Positions 49,692 through 57,465 of a stretch of 64,000 bases of DNA are shown in pieces. Every line of letters begins with the position of its first letter. Positions within the stretch are counted from its first letter, which is position 1. The stretch is from positions 1-64,000 of the IMG/VR virus record IMGVR_UViG_3300033067_001807; one strand, written 5' to 3'. Both the position numbers and the translations under genes were made by a program. The notes beneath the pieces are model-generated. The model worked only from the letters and a program-made list of their open reading frames with translations, did not search any database and was not told the DNA's origin. Source of the stretch: a virus (lineage: Duplodnaviria; Caudoviricetes).

Positions 49692-50325
49692 TGTAGTATT
49701 TATTTATAAACGTTATTACTTCTTCTTTTAAATATTCTTGTAGTTTATTTATCTCTATTTGTGAAACAGCAACTTGTGCAATTGTCTTTATAAGATTTTC
49801 TTTGTCCTCATCCGCATTTTCAATCAACATATTAAATATCTGTCTATTTGGTATGTTTAAGTTTATGGTTACAAGTAAAGGCTCTATATTTTTTTTAGAA
49901 AGCTTAGCAACCAACTCTTCCAATGGAGAAATTTCAGCAGGTTTGTTGATATGCCGTGTGGCATGTTGAATTGAATCACTGGAGTCAATATTAATTTCCT
50001 TTGTTGATTTTTCACCCATCGCTATTAAATTCAATGAATCTGCCCCTGGAAATGGTAATTTTCCATCAACTACTTCTTCCATAAATTCACCTAACACCTC
50101 ATTAAAAATTTGAGAACCGTCTGTAAAGTATGTAAATTTAGCATCGCTATTTTTTACTTCTACAACCTTTCCGAAGTTTTCACCCTTTTTCCATTGGTAT
50201 GTTTTAACAGTATCTTTCACTAATTCCATTATTTGTATATTTTCATGTTTATATTCATTTTTAGAAAAATGTTTCTTAATCCAATTGATTGAACTCTTCA
50301 TCATTTTCATGGTATTTAATTTCAA
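49684..50325 (-). CDS. Hypothetical protein (start uncertain; 50301 or 50229 possible)
   Basis: ORF with several in-frame ATGs. Confidence 0.6.
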   Translation of the reverse strand: MKLNTMKMMKSSINWIKKHFSKNEYKHENIQIMELVKDTVKTYQWKKGENFGKVVEVKNSDAKFTYFTDGSQIFNEVLGEFMEEVVDGKLPFPGADSLNLIAMGEKSTKEINIDSSDSIQHATRHINKPAEISPLEELVAKLSKKNIEPLLVTINLNIPNRQIFNMLIENADEDKENLIKTIAQVAVSQIEINKLQEYLKEEVITFINKYYNE

Positions 50326-50473
50326 ATCTTTCTATAAAATCTATTCCACAATCATCTCCAATTAATACATCTACATTTCTAACGTATTTATAATAGAATG
50401 CTTTACTGCCATTTTCATTAAGAAATTTCGCAAGTGTCTCAGCACTTGGAACTATTATTTTATTAATACTCAT
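50276..50473 (-). CDS. Small hypothetical protein
   Basis: 65-aa ORF overlapping the deaminase stop. Confidence 0.45.
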   Translation of the reverse strand: MSINKIIVPSAETLAKFLNENGSKAFYYKYVRNVDVLIGDDCGIDFIERFEIKYHENDEEFNQLD

Positions 50474-50975
50474 TCCAAACGTTTACTTGATTTACTTTTA
50501 TATTTGCAGTTTTTAATAATTCAACACCACTCATATCTCTATAATCTTCACTATAGTATACTTCATTTACCCCTGATTGTATGATTAATTTTGCACAATC
50601 AAAACATGGACATGTTGTTGTATATAGAGTTGCTCCTTCGCAACTCATTGTAGATTTCGCAACTTTCATAATTGCGTTTGATTCCGCATGCAAAACTTCA
50701 CGCTTTGTCACACTTCGATGTGCACATCCATCTTCATCAGATAATGTCCATCCATTTTCATCAAGAAGTTTCGCCTGTTCAGGAAAATCCCAACCGGTTC
50801 TTTCAACACACTCACATTCATTTTCAAATCCATGTGGAGTACCATTGTACCCAAATGAAATTACTTGTTTGTCTTTAACAATAACACATCCAACCTTTCT
50901 TCGGTTTGCATAACTAAGTTTTGCAAACTGATAGGCTACTTGCATGTATATGTGTTCGATCGGAATTTTAGGCAT
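50463..50975 (-). CDS. cd: dCMP deaminase
   Basis: KVGCVIV, GYNGTP, LHAESNA and PCFDCAKLIIQSG zinc-deaminase motifs. Confidence 0.92.
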   Translation of the reverse strand: MPKIPIEHIYMQVAYQFAKLSYANRRKVGCVIVKDKQVISFGYNGTPHGFENECECVERTGWDFPEQAKLLDENGWTLSDEDGCAHRSVTKREVLHAESNAIMKVAKSTMSCEGATLYTTTCPCFDCAKLIIQSGVNEVYYSEDYRDMSGVELLKTANIKVNQVNVWNEY

Positions 50976-50977
50976 AA

Positions 50978-51026
50978 AAAAAGTCTATATGTTTATTATT
51001 ATATATAGACTTTTTATTTAGTTTAT
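50978..51026 (-). promoter_or_regulatory. Class A promoter (50998-51026) overlapped by a 13-bp inverted repeat (50978-50990 / 51003-51015)
   Basis: ATAAAC-N15-TATATAAT; aaaaagtctatat pairs with atatagacttttt. Confidence 0.65.
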
Positions 51027-51033
51027 TTGTGGA

Positions 51034-51510
51034 TTATTCTACATCCTCAGCATCAACTGCATCTTTTACCTGCTTAGACTCATTGATTTTTTTAGAGTAT
51101 GCTTCGGCCATTTTATTTAAACATGCTTCAAATGCTTCGGTTTCCATGTCACCTTTCATTTCGTTAAGTGCATTAACTCCCATTTTTGCAACTAATGCAG
51201 CATTTTCAGCCATATAAGTTTCTACGGTATGGTCATCATGTGCATCTTCGTCCCATGCCTGTGCCTCTTCCATTACTCTCTCGTAACATTTTTCTAGCAT
51301 TTCTGAAACGGGAATAGTTGGATTAATTCCATCTCCTTTTCCTTGAATTGGAGTTACTTTTTCTTCAGATTCTTGTACCTCTTCAGCTTCTTCTTCAGCC
51401 TCTTCAAAATCCTTGTCATCAGGTTCTGCCATTGAAGTTAATTTAGTTTCTATCTCCTCTGCTCTGTCCATTTCAGAAATAAAGGTTTCAAATGATTTAA
51501 TACTTGCCAT
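51034..51510 (-). CDS. Very acidic protein with capsid-targeting-like N-terminus
   Basis: MASIKSFETFISE; about 45 D/E versus 15 K/R in 158 aa (hand count); GATATATAA upstream. Confidence 0.75.
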   Translation of the reverse strand: MASIKSFETFISEMDRAEEIETKLTSMAEPDDKDFEEAEEEAEEVQESEEKVTPIQGKGDGINPTIPVSEMLEKCYERVMEEAQAWDEDAHDDHTVETYMAENAALVAKMGVNALNEMKGDMETEAFEACLNKMAEAYSKKINESKQVKDAVDAEDVE

Positions 51511-51543
51511 AGTTTTTAATTTTTTTATTATTAGTATATGAAT

Positions 51544-51870
51544 TTATATATCTTTATCTTTTGACAGGTATTCAAAACTAGAAGGAAGGACGTGTTTTTG
51601 AATTTTTAAGGCCTTAATTATTATTGCAACTATAACACCGCCTGGCATTAATGCAATAGTAGTAAGACCTATTGTTTTTAAAACATCTTTGAATTGGTTT
51701 CCAACCCATTCTCTTTGAAGTTCATCCATTTTTATATCGTATATGATATGATTGTACAACATCGTGAATGCGTCTTGCGTTTCTTTACCTTCAAGCTTTA
51801 ATGCACTAATAAATTTCTTAGAGTTTGTCTTAAAATCATTAATATGATTTGACAATATGCTTGTTTTCAC
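51544..51870 (-). CDS. Small membrane protein
   Basis: Hydrophobic IGLTTIALMPGGVIVAIII followed by LPSSF. Confidence 0.6.
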   Translation of the reverse strand: MKTSILSNHINDFKTNSKKFISALKLEGKETQDAFTMLYNHIIYDIKMDELQREWVGNQFKDVLKTIGLTTIALMPGGVIVAIIIKALKIQKHVLPSSFEYLSKDKDI

Positions 51871-51879
51871 CTAACGCAG

Positions 51880-52221
51880 TTAATCTTCTGATTTATATGG
51901 TAGTTTTTTATCATGTCCACCATCTCTAACTTCTTTAGCTAAATCGGCATCAGCCTTGCCCCATGTTCCTGCACCTTTTTCTAGAAATGCGTTTACTCTT
52001 GCATGTCCCCAAGCCTCTTGACTCATTCCTTCATAGTGACTTGAATTCCATGCTCCCATTCCTCTTCGCATAACTGCATTTAAAATTCCAATCGGTACAC
52101 CAGATTCTTTACTCTTTTTAGCAAGAGATTTATTTAAATCCGGATTTTCTAACTTTGCTCTAGAAGTTTCTTTGTCATCTTTTTCTGTCAAAAATTCTTC
52201 AAATAACATAAAATGTTTCAT
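51880..52221 (-). CDS. Conserved phage protein (DUF5824-like) with capsid-targeting-like tag
   Basis: MKHFMLFEEFLTE; KKSKESGVPIGILNAVMRRGMGAW..H....QEAWGHARVNAF pattern. Confidence 0.65.
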   Translation of the reverse strand: MKHFMLFEEFLTEKDDKETSRAKLENPDLNKSLAKKSKESGVPIGILNAVMRRGMGAWNSSHYEGMSQEAWGHARVNAFLEKGAGTWGKADADLAKEVRDGGHDKKLPYKSED

Positions 52222-52239
52222 ATTAATACATATATTTAT

Positions 52240-53160
52240 TTAGCTATATATCATTGAAAAGTCTTTATGATATTTTTGTAATGCTAATTCCTTTGCTTTT
52301 GCCTCTATTTCTATGTCGAGTTCCATACCGTATGTTTCAATAAATTCATACAAATAATCGGCATGGGCTCTTAGTATAACTGAACTATCTTCATGTAATT
52401 TTTTGGAAGATGAATAGTGGCATAATTGTCTAATACCCTTTGGCCATGTGGTTGCGCATAATTCTAATGCATCTTTTTCTGAAATAGAATCCTCATAACA
52501 AAAATGGTGGAAGAAATCAAATGTGATTGGAGTACCACATAACTTATAAATTTCATAAAGATCCGTTACACCATATTGGCTTGGTTTATCGTCATTTTCT
52601 AAAACAAGACGAGAACTTGCACATTCTGGTAATAGTTTAAAATTTTCTGCAAATCTTTTAATTGCAGCATCTTTGTCACCATAGGTTCCACCTACATGGA
52701 TATTCATCGCAGCGTAATGATTTCTAGGTAAACCCATTAAATCCATAACCTTACCATGCTGGGTTAATTCCCATATTGCATCTTTTACTACCTTTGGATT
52801 TGGACTTGCAAGAATATTAAATGGACCTGGATGGAATGTAAGACGTTGACCTACTTTAGTTGCATAATCACCGGCTGTTTTTAATAAAGATTTGATTGAG
52901 TTATAATTAGGTAACTCTTCAATATCGTATTCAGAATTCCATGGGAACATGCTAGAGGACATACGGTACATTGTAATTCCATTTGCATTATTCCATTTAA
53001 GAATTTCAATCATGTCCCTGAGGTTAGCTTCTGCCAACTCACCTGCGTATTTAATACCTTTCGCCTGAAAGGTTTTCTTAATCATGCTTCTACCTATCTT
53101 AATTCCTTTTTGTTTATCCAATGTTAAGTTGATACAACAGTACCCGTAATTTGCAGCCAT
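52240..53160 (-). CDS. uvsE: UV damage endonuclease UvsE/UvdE
   Basis: GYCCIN, YRMSSSMFP, RLTFHPGPF, LENDDK, TPITFDFFHH, H-A-D and EAKAKE motifs. Confidence 0.92.
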   Translation of the reverse strand: MAANYGYCCINLTLDKQKGIKIGRSMIKKTFQAKGIKYAGELAEANLRDMIEILKWNNANGITMYRMSSSMFPWNSEYDIEELPNYNSIKSLLKTAGDYATKVGQRLTFHPGPFNILASPNPKVVKDAIWELTQHGKVMDLMGLPRNHYAAMNIHVGGTYGDKDAAIKRFAENFKLLPECASSRLVLENDDKPSQYGVTDLYEIYKLCGTPITFDFFHHFCYEDSISEKDALELCATTWPKGIRQLCHYSSSKKLHEDSSVILRAHADYLYEFIETYGMELDIEIEAKAKELALQKYHKDFSMIYS

Positions 53161-53172
53161 ATATTTTTAAAA

Positions 53173-53451
53173 TTAGTTATATAAAAATGGGATTGTTTTT
53201 GGATATTTATTACAAATATCATAAATTCTTGTAACCTTTGACGCTAATTCAGTAGGTAACTCTAATGCATACATTTGAAGATTTTCGTATAGATATCCAT
53301 CAAATAATCCATACAGCATATTTTCTAAATTGAATAGTGTCGAACTATCAATATCTGCGTCACTGAATCTAACTTCTTTAATAAGACCTAATATTTCAAA
53401 TCTAGTGTCTTCGTCCATGTTTGCGTGTCTATCAAAATGTGTGTAACTCAT
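53173..53451 (-). CDS. Hypothetical protein
   Basis: ORF directly downstream of intergenic element copy 2. Confidence 0.6.
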   Translation of the reverse strand: MSYTHFDRHANMDEDTRFEILGLIKEVRFSDADIDSSTLFNLENMLYGLFDGYLYENLQMYALELPTELASKVTRIYDICNKYPKTIPFLYN

Positions 53452-53476
53452 GGTGTTTGTTTTAAATTGATGTTTT

Positions 53477-53551
53477 AATTATAGTGTAAATATAAACAAA
53501 AAAAGCCAAACAAAAAATGTTTGGCTAATTATTTTCTAAAAAGTTATTAAC
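53477..53551 (-). promoter_or_regulatory. Conserved intergenic element, copy 2
   Basis: Hairpin AGCCAAACA..TGTTTGGCT with the same flanks as 39187-39260. Confidence 0.8.
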
Positions 53552-53554
53552 AAT

Positions 53555-53899
53555 TTATTTCCAAAATAACTGAACATATATTAATAATACTGAGAGTGAT
53601 AATGATATTATTGTTTTTTGATTTAATGGTTCATCCATTATAAAATATGTTAATAATCCAAATGAAACCATACCCATTGCAAATCCAATAAACCTGCCTG
53701 GCCACAGTTGACCATCATAATACTCTGCAATGTACCTGGTCGCAATTATAAACATATAAGATATAGTAGATCCTCCAATTAAAGCAACTATTATTGGATT
53801 TCTTTTAAACCAAGGCCAAACAAATTGTCCATTGGTTTGAAACCATATCATAGATTGACCTAATAGAAATAATAAAATTCCATATATTAAATTTCTCAA
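53555..53899 (-). CDS. Small multi-pass membrane protein (SMR/DMT-like size)
   Basis: About four hydrophobic helices in 114 aa. Confidence 0.65.
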   Translation of the reverse strand: MRNLIYGILLFLLGQSMIWFQTNGQFVWPWFKRNPIIVALIGGSTISYMFIIATRYIAEYYDGQLWPGRFIGFAMGMVSFGLLTYFIMDEPLNQKTIISLSLSVLLIYVQLFWK

Positions 53900-54528
53900 A
53901 ATAATTGCCCTGTTGATGTTAGTAGATGAGATATAAAACTAGGGCGGTGTATTTTGTTTGGTCCAAGTTCTTTGATTGCATTAATATGTGCACTTGTTCC
54001 ATACCCTTTATTAGAATTCCAACCATATCCTGGATTTTCAATATCTAACTCTTTCATCATCGCATCTCTTTCAGTTTTTGCCAAAATACTTGCTGCGGCT
54101 ATTGAAACATATTTATTGTCACCTCCTACTATTGTTTCAAATGGAATCCCATCAAATCCATGAAATTGATCCCCATCTACCAATATAAAGTCAAAATTTT
54201 GATTTTTTCTAACTTCAGTTAGGCATTGATTCATTCCCTGTAAAGTTGCTCGTAAGATGTTAGTTGATTCAATTTGTTCTGGATAGATATGAACAATACT
54301 ATATGCGATAGCATTATCTAGTACAATTCTTCTGGCGTCCTTTCGCTGTTGTTCATTTAAAAGTTTTGAATCTTTAATGAGTGGATGTTCAAATCCAAAT
54401 GGCATAATGCATGCTGATACTGTAACTGGTCCGGCGAGTGCTCCTCTACCTGCCTCATCTACTCCTATTTCAATGGTTTGTTCAGATCCAGTATAGCTTG
54501 ATTTGAGTAATATTTGTCTAGTTTCCAT
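53896..54528 (-). CDS. rnhB: Ribonuclease HII
   Basis: GVDEAGRGALAGPV, DSKLL, LVDG, GDNKYVSIAAASILAK and NKGYGT motifs. Confidence 0.95.
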   Translation of the reverse strand: METRQILLKSSYTGSEQTIEIGVDEAGRGALAGPVTVSACIMPFGFEHPLIKDSKLLNEQQRKDARRIVLDNAIAYSIVHIYPEQIESTNILRATLQGMNQCLTEVRKNQNFDFILVDGDQFHGFDGIPFETIVGGDNKYVSIAAASILAKTERDAMMKELDIENPGYGWNSNKGYGTSAHINAIKELGPNKIHRPSFISHLLTSTGQLF

Positions 54529-54546
54529 CTATATATTTTTATACAT

Positions 54547-54575
54547 ATTATATAGATGGATTCTGGATTGTTTCA
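54547..54575 (-). promoter_or_regulatory. Class A promoter TGAAAC-N15-TATATAAT (rnhB)
   Basis: Exact motif and spacing. Confidence 0.7.
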
Positions 54576-55286
54576 TTACTTATTTGGATTTTCAATCATC
54601 CATTTGTCATATCGGTCCACGACATCTTGCAATATTTTAGCTCTTACAATATCGGAATTTGAAAATGTATGGTGTCCTACTCCTTTAATACCTCGCATTA
54701 ATTCAATAAATCCAGTTAAACCTGCCATTGCCTTAGGAATATCATATTGACTAATATCCCCGGTGACCAAAACTTTTGAATTTTTGCCCATTCTAGTTGT
54801 AAATAACATAAGTTGCTTAAACGTCGAATTTTGTGCCTCGTCTAAAATCATAAATGCATCATCAAATGTATCTCCTCGCATAAATGCTAAGGGTTTAAAT
54901 TCAATTATTCCATGATGTATAAGACTTTCAGTTAATTCATTTCCAACTATTTTTTTAAAGTTAGAAATATACGATTGCATATAGGGATCTATTTTGTCTG
55001 CGATATCGCCTGGAAGGAATCCAAGTTTTTCACCGGATTCCTGTATTGGCTTACATAAGATTATTTTCTTTACCTTTTTTTCAGCAAGTAAATGTAGTGA
55101 TGTATAACATGCTGTAAATGTTTTTGAAGTTCCGGCTGGTCCTGAACAAAACGTTATATCATTCTTTAGTATTTGATTGACGTATTCTCTTTGATTATTT
55201 TTTAAATTAACGTGTTTAATGTCATCTTCCTTGACTGCCATTTTTTTAATGTTTGGCGAATGCTCTGAACTCGTTTTCTTTTGCAT
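54576..55286 (-). CDS. phoH: PhoH-like ATPase
   Basis: GPAGTSKT, LGFLPGD, FMRGDTF, LDEAQN and GDISQ motifs. Confidence 0.92.
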   Translation of the reverse strand: MQKKTSSEHSPNIKKMAVKEDDIKHVNLKNNQREYVNQILKNDITFCSGPAGTSKTFTACYTSLHLLAEKKVKKIILCKPIQESGEKLGFLPGDIADKIDPYMQSYISNFKKIVGNELTESLIHHGIIEFKPLAFMRGDTFDDAFMILDEAQNSTFKQLMLFTTRMGKNSKVLVTGDISQYDIPKAMAGLTGFIELMRGIKGVGHHTFSNSDIVRAKILQDVVDRYDKWMIENPNK

Positions 55287-55300
55287 ATAATTAAGTATAT

Positions 55301-55558
55301 TTAGTCGCCTGCCATTATCACAAGCTCCTTTAACTTTTTAAGAGTTTCACACTTTTCATATTCCTCTAGTTCTACGAAATATTCTATAAGAAGATCTATA
55401 AATCCACTTCGTTGTCCTATTCCATGTGGAATATCGATTGTGTTTTTACTATCTTGGTATACGATAAATCTATTAACCGTTTTTGTAAAATTTCGAGTTA
55501 TTATATAGTAGCTGGACCTCATTAAAGAGTCTCTCTCCTCTTTAGTAATATCTTCCAT
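55301..55558 (-). CDS. Small UVR-motif (UvrB/UvrC coiled-coil) protein
   Basis: YFVELEEYEKCETLKKL. Confidence 0.7.
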   Translation of the reverse strand: MEDITKEERDSLMRSSYYIITRNFTKTVNRFIVYQDSKNTIDIPHGIGQRSGFIDLLIEYFVELEEYEKCETLKKLKELVIMAGD

Positions 55559-55656
55559 CTGTTAATTTTATTTTTATTACGTCTAATTTGACTGATTAGA
55601 TTATATATTTAGATGGACTTCCGAGAATATGTCATGTTGACAAAAAGGTTAGTATA

Positions 55657-55836
55657 TTATAAATCTCTCGATTGTTTATATCTTGCCTTTATAATCTTTT
55701 TTCTTTTTGATATTGATGGTTTTTCATAAGACGTATTGTCGCGTAATTCAGATAGCTGTTTAGTTGCAATTACCTTTTGCTTCAATTGTTTTAGTGCCCT
55801 TTCTATGTTTCCTTTTTCTACATTTATAATTAACAT
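55657..55836 (-). CDS. rpsU: Ribosomal protein bS21, Bacteroidota-type; not in ORF track
   Basis: Hand translation: MLIINVEKGNIERALKQLKQKVIATKQLSELRDNTSYEKPSISKRKKIIKARYKQSRDL (59 aa), with bS21 hallmarks MLII.V, I.RALK and Y.KPS..R. Confidence 0.9.
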   Translation of the reverse strand: MLIINVEKGNIERALKQLKQKVIATKQLSELRDNTSYEKPSISKRKKIIKARYKQSRDL

Positions 55837-56081
55837 GATAGTTTATCAATTATTTTTTTAAGTTCTGTACATTTTTCATACTCTTCTCTATCTTTAAAAA
55901 AATCAAGTACGATTTGAACACCTTCTATTTTAACGGAGGCTGGGGCATCATGATTCAGTGCTCCCATACTTTTCTCAATAATTGATTTATAAATAATTTC
56001 CATCATGTCTTCCTTGGAAGCATTCTGTAATTTTTTTATAAAGTCTGTTTCCTTGTTGTCGTATTCATCTAAATCATCCAT
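55830..56081 (-). CDS. Small UVR-motif protein
   Basis: FFKDREEYEKCTELKKI; start moved to MDDLDE, which overlaps the dnaJ stop. Confidence 0.7.
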   Translation of the reverse strand: MDDLDEYDNKETDFIKKLQNASKEDMMEIIYKSIIEKSMGALNHDAPASVKIEGVQIVLDFFKDREEYEKCTELKKIIDKLSC

Positions 56082-56868
56082 TAGAGTCTTTAATCTTTTT
56101 AAGTAATTCAATTTGATTTTCTGTTAAACTAATAGGCAACGTTCTAAGCTTTACCATAAGATTACCATATCCATTTGAGTTATATATTGGCATTCCTTTG
56201 CCAACTACTCTAAGTATTTTTGAATCATGTGAACCTTCGGGCACCTTAATTTTTACAGCATGCACCTTTGTTTTAACTTCAAACTCTCCCCCTAGTAACA
56301 TATCAATCCAACTAAGTGAAAGATCTACATAAATATCTGCACCATTTACTATAAGGTCGATGTCTTGTATAACATTTATAGTTAATATTATGTCGCCTGG
56401 TCTGGCACTTTTGTTGATTGGATGGGGTTGGCCTTTTTCTTTGATTTTAAGTTTCGTGCCATTCGGAATTCCCTTAGGTATATTAATATTAAATCCACCA
56501 GTGCCGATATCGAGGTATCTTCTCGTTCCTTCATAACTTTCTTCTATTGTTATATTTATTGCCACTCGTACGTCAAATCCTCTAACTTCCTCATTAAATG
56601 ATTGGTCAAATGCTGTTGCAAAATCATATCTATTAAATATGTCTTTCCACGCATCGTCAATGTTAAATGATCGATTTCCACTAGTGTCGTGTTTCCTTCT
56701 ACGTTCAGGGTCTCCTAAAACCTCATATGCTTCTACTACCTTTTTAAATTGGGTTTCGTCTCCTCCTGTTTTATCAGGGTGGTATTGTTTTGCAAGTTGC
56801 CTATATGATTTTTTAATTTCGTCCTGTGTCGCATTTCTAGAAACGTTTAAGGTTTCATAATAATTCAT
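56074..56868 (-). CDS. dnaJ: DnaJ/CbpA-type co-chaperone (no zinc finger)
   Basis: J domain with YHPDK; C-terminal INIPKG, GKGMP and GNLMV. Confidence 0.9.
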   Translation of the reverse strand: MNYYETLNVSRNATQDEIKKSYRQLAKQYHPDKTGGDETQFKKVVEAYEVLGDPERRRKHDTSGNRSFNIDDAWKDIFNRYDFATAFDQSFNEEVRGFDVRVAINITIEESYEGTRRYLDIGTGGFNINIPKGIPNGTKLKIKEKGQPHPINKSARPGDIILTINVIQDIDLIVNGADIYVDLSLSWIDMLLGGEFEVKTKVHAVKIKVPEGSHDSKILRVVGKGMPIYNSNGYGNLMVKLRTLPISLTENQIELLKKIKDSNG

Positions 56869-56872
56869 TAGA

Positions 56873-57073
56873 CTATTTTGAAGAAACTGTTTTTACTCTG
56901 ATTGTTTGCTTTCTTTCAGGAATAGGCCTAGTACGAACCTGTTTAACAGCGGCCTCTTTTTTCTCAGCGATTTGAGATCTTTTATGGATATTAATTTCTC
57001 TAATCTGTTGATTTTCCATACAAATTGCGATACGTTCTAAACTATCTGCAATTTTCTTTAAAGTTTCTTCCAT
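56873..57073 (-). CDS. Small hypothetical protein
   Basis: 66-aa ORF with basic tail. Confidence 0.55.
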   Translation of the reverse strand: MEETLKKIADSLERIAICMENQQIREINIHKRSQIAEKKEAAVKQVRTRPIPERKQTIRVKTVSSK

Positions 57074-57090
57074 ATTATTATATTAATATA

Positions 57091-57375
57091 TTATATTTGT
57101 TCTAAAATATCTCTAATTCTAGCACATTTTTCATACTCTTCTACTTCAACAAATATTTCTAACATTTGATTAAGAGTTTTTGAAAGAGATTCAATATCAA
57201 ACCCATTGCGCTTCATTGTTTTAATATCTATTCCGTTTTCTACAATCATGTCATAGTTTTCATTCGCTAACTTCATTTTTAGCTCATACATCATTTCTTC
57301 CATTAAAGCTTCTCTTTTCATAGTTGTAATTTCGTCATCTTCCTCAAAAAGGTCATTAAAATTAAATTCGTCCAT
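57091..57375 (-). CDS. Small UVR-motif protein
   Basis: IFVEVEEYEKCARIRDIL; start moved to MDEFNF, downstream of element copy 3. Confidence 0.7.
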   Translation of the reverse strand: MDEFNFNDLFEEDDEITTMKREALMEEMMYELKMKLANENYDMIVENGIDIKTMKRNGFDIESLSKTLNQMLEIFVEVEEYEKCARIRDILEQI

Positions 57376-57388
57376 GTTGTATATTTTA

Positions 57389-57465
57389 TAATTATAGTGT
57401 AAATATAAATAAAAAATGCCAAACAAAAAAATATTTGGCAATTTATTTACAAAAAAGTTATTAAT
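57389..57465 (-). promoter_or_regulatory. Conserved intergenic element, copy 3
   Basis: Hairpin TGCCAAA..TTTGGCA with the same flanks. Confidence 0.75.

Noticed and set aside
55561-55656. Structured ncRNA downstream of rpsU
   Set aside because: Only short 5-6 bp AT-rich stems; the region is adequately explained by a late-type TAAATATATAAT promoter for the next gene.
39187-57465. Repeated intergenic elements as CRISPR, MITE or attachment sites
   Set aside because: They are dispersed single copies with a variable stem, no target-site duplication and no adjacent transposase or integrase.
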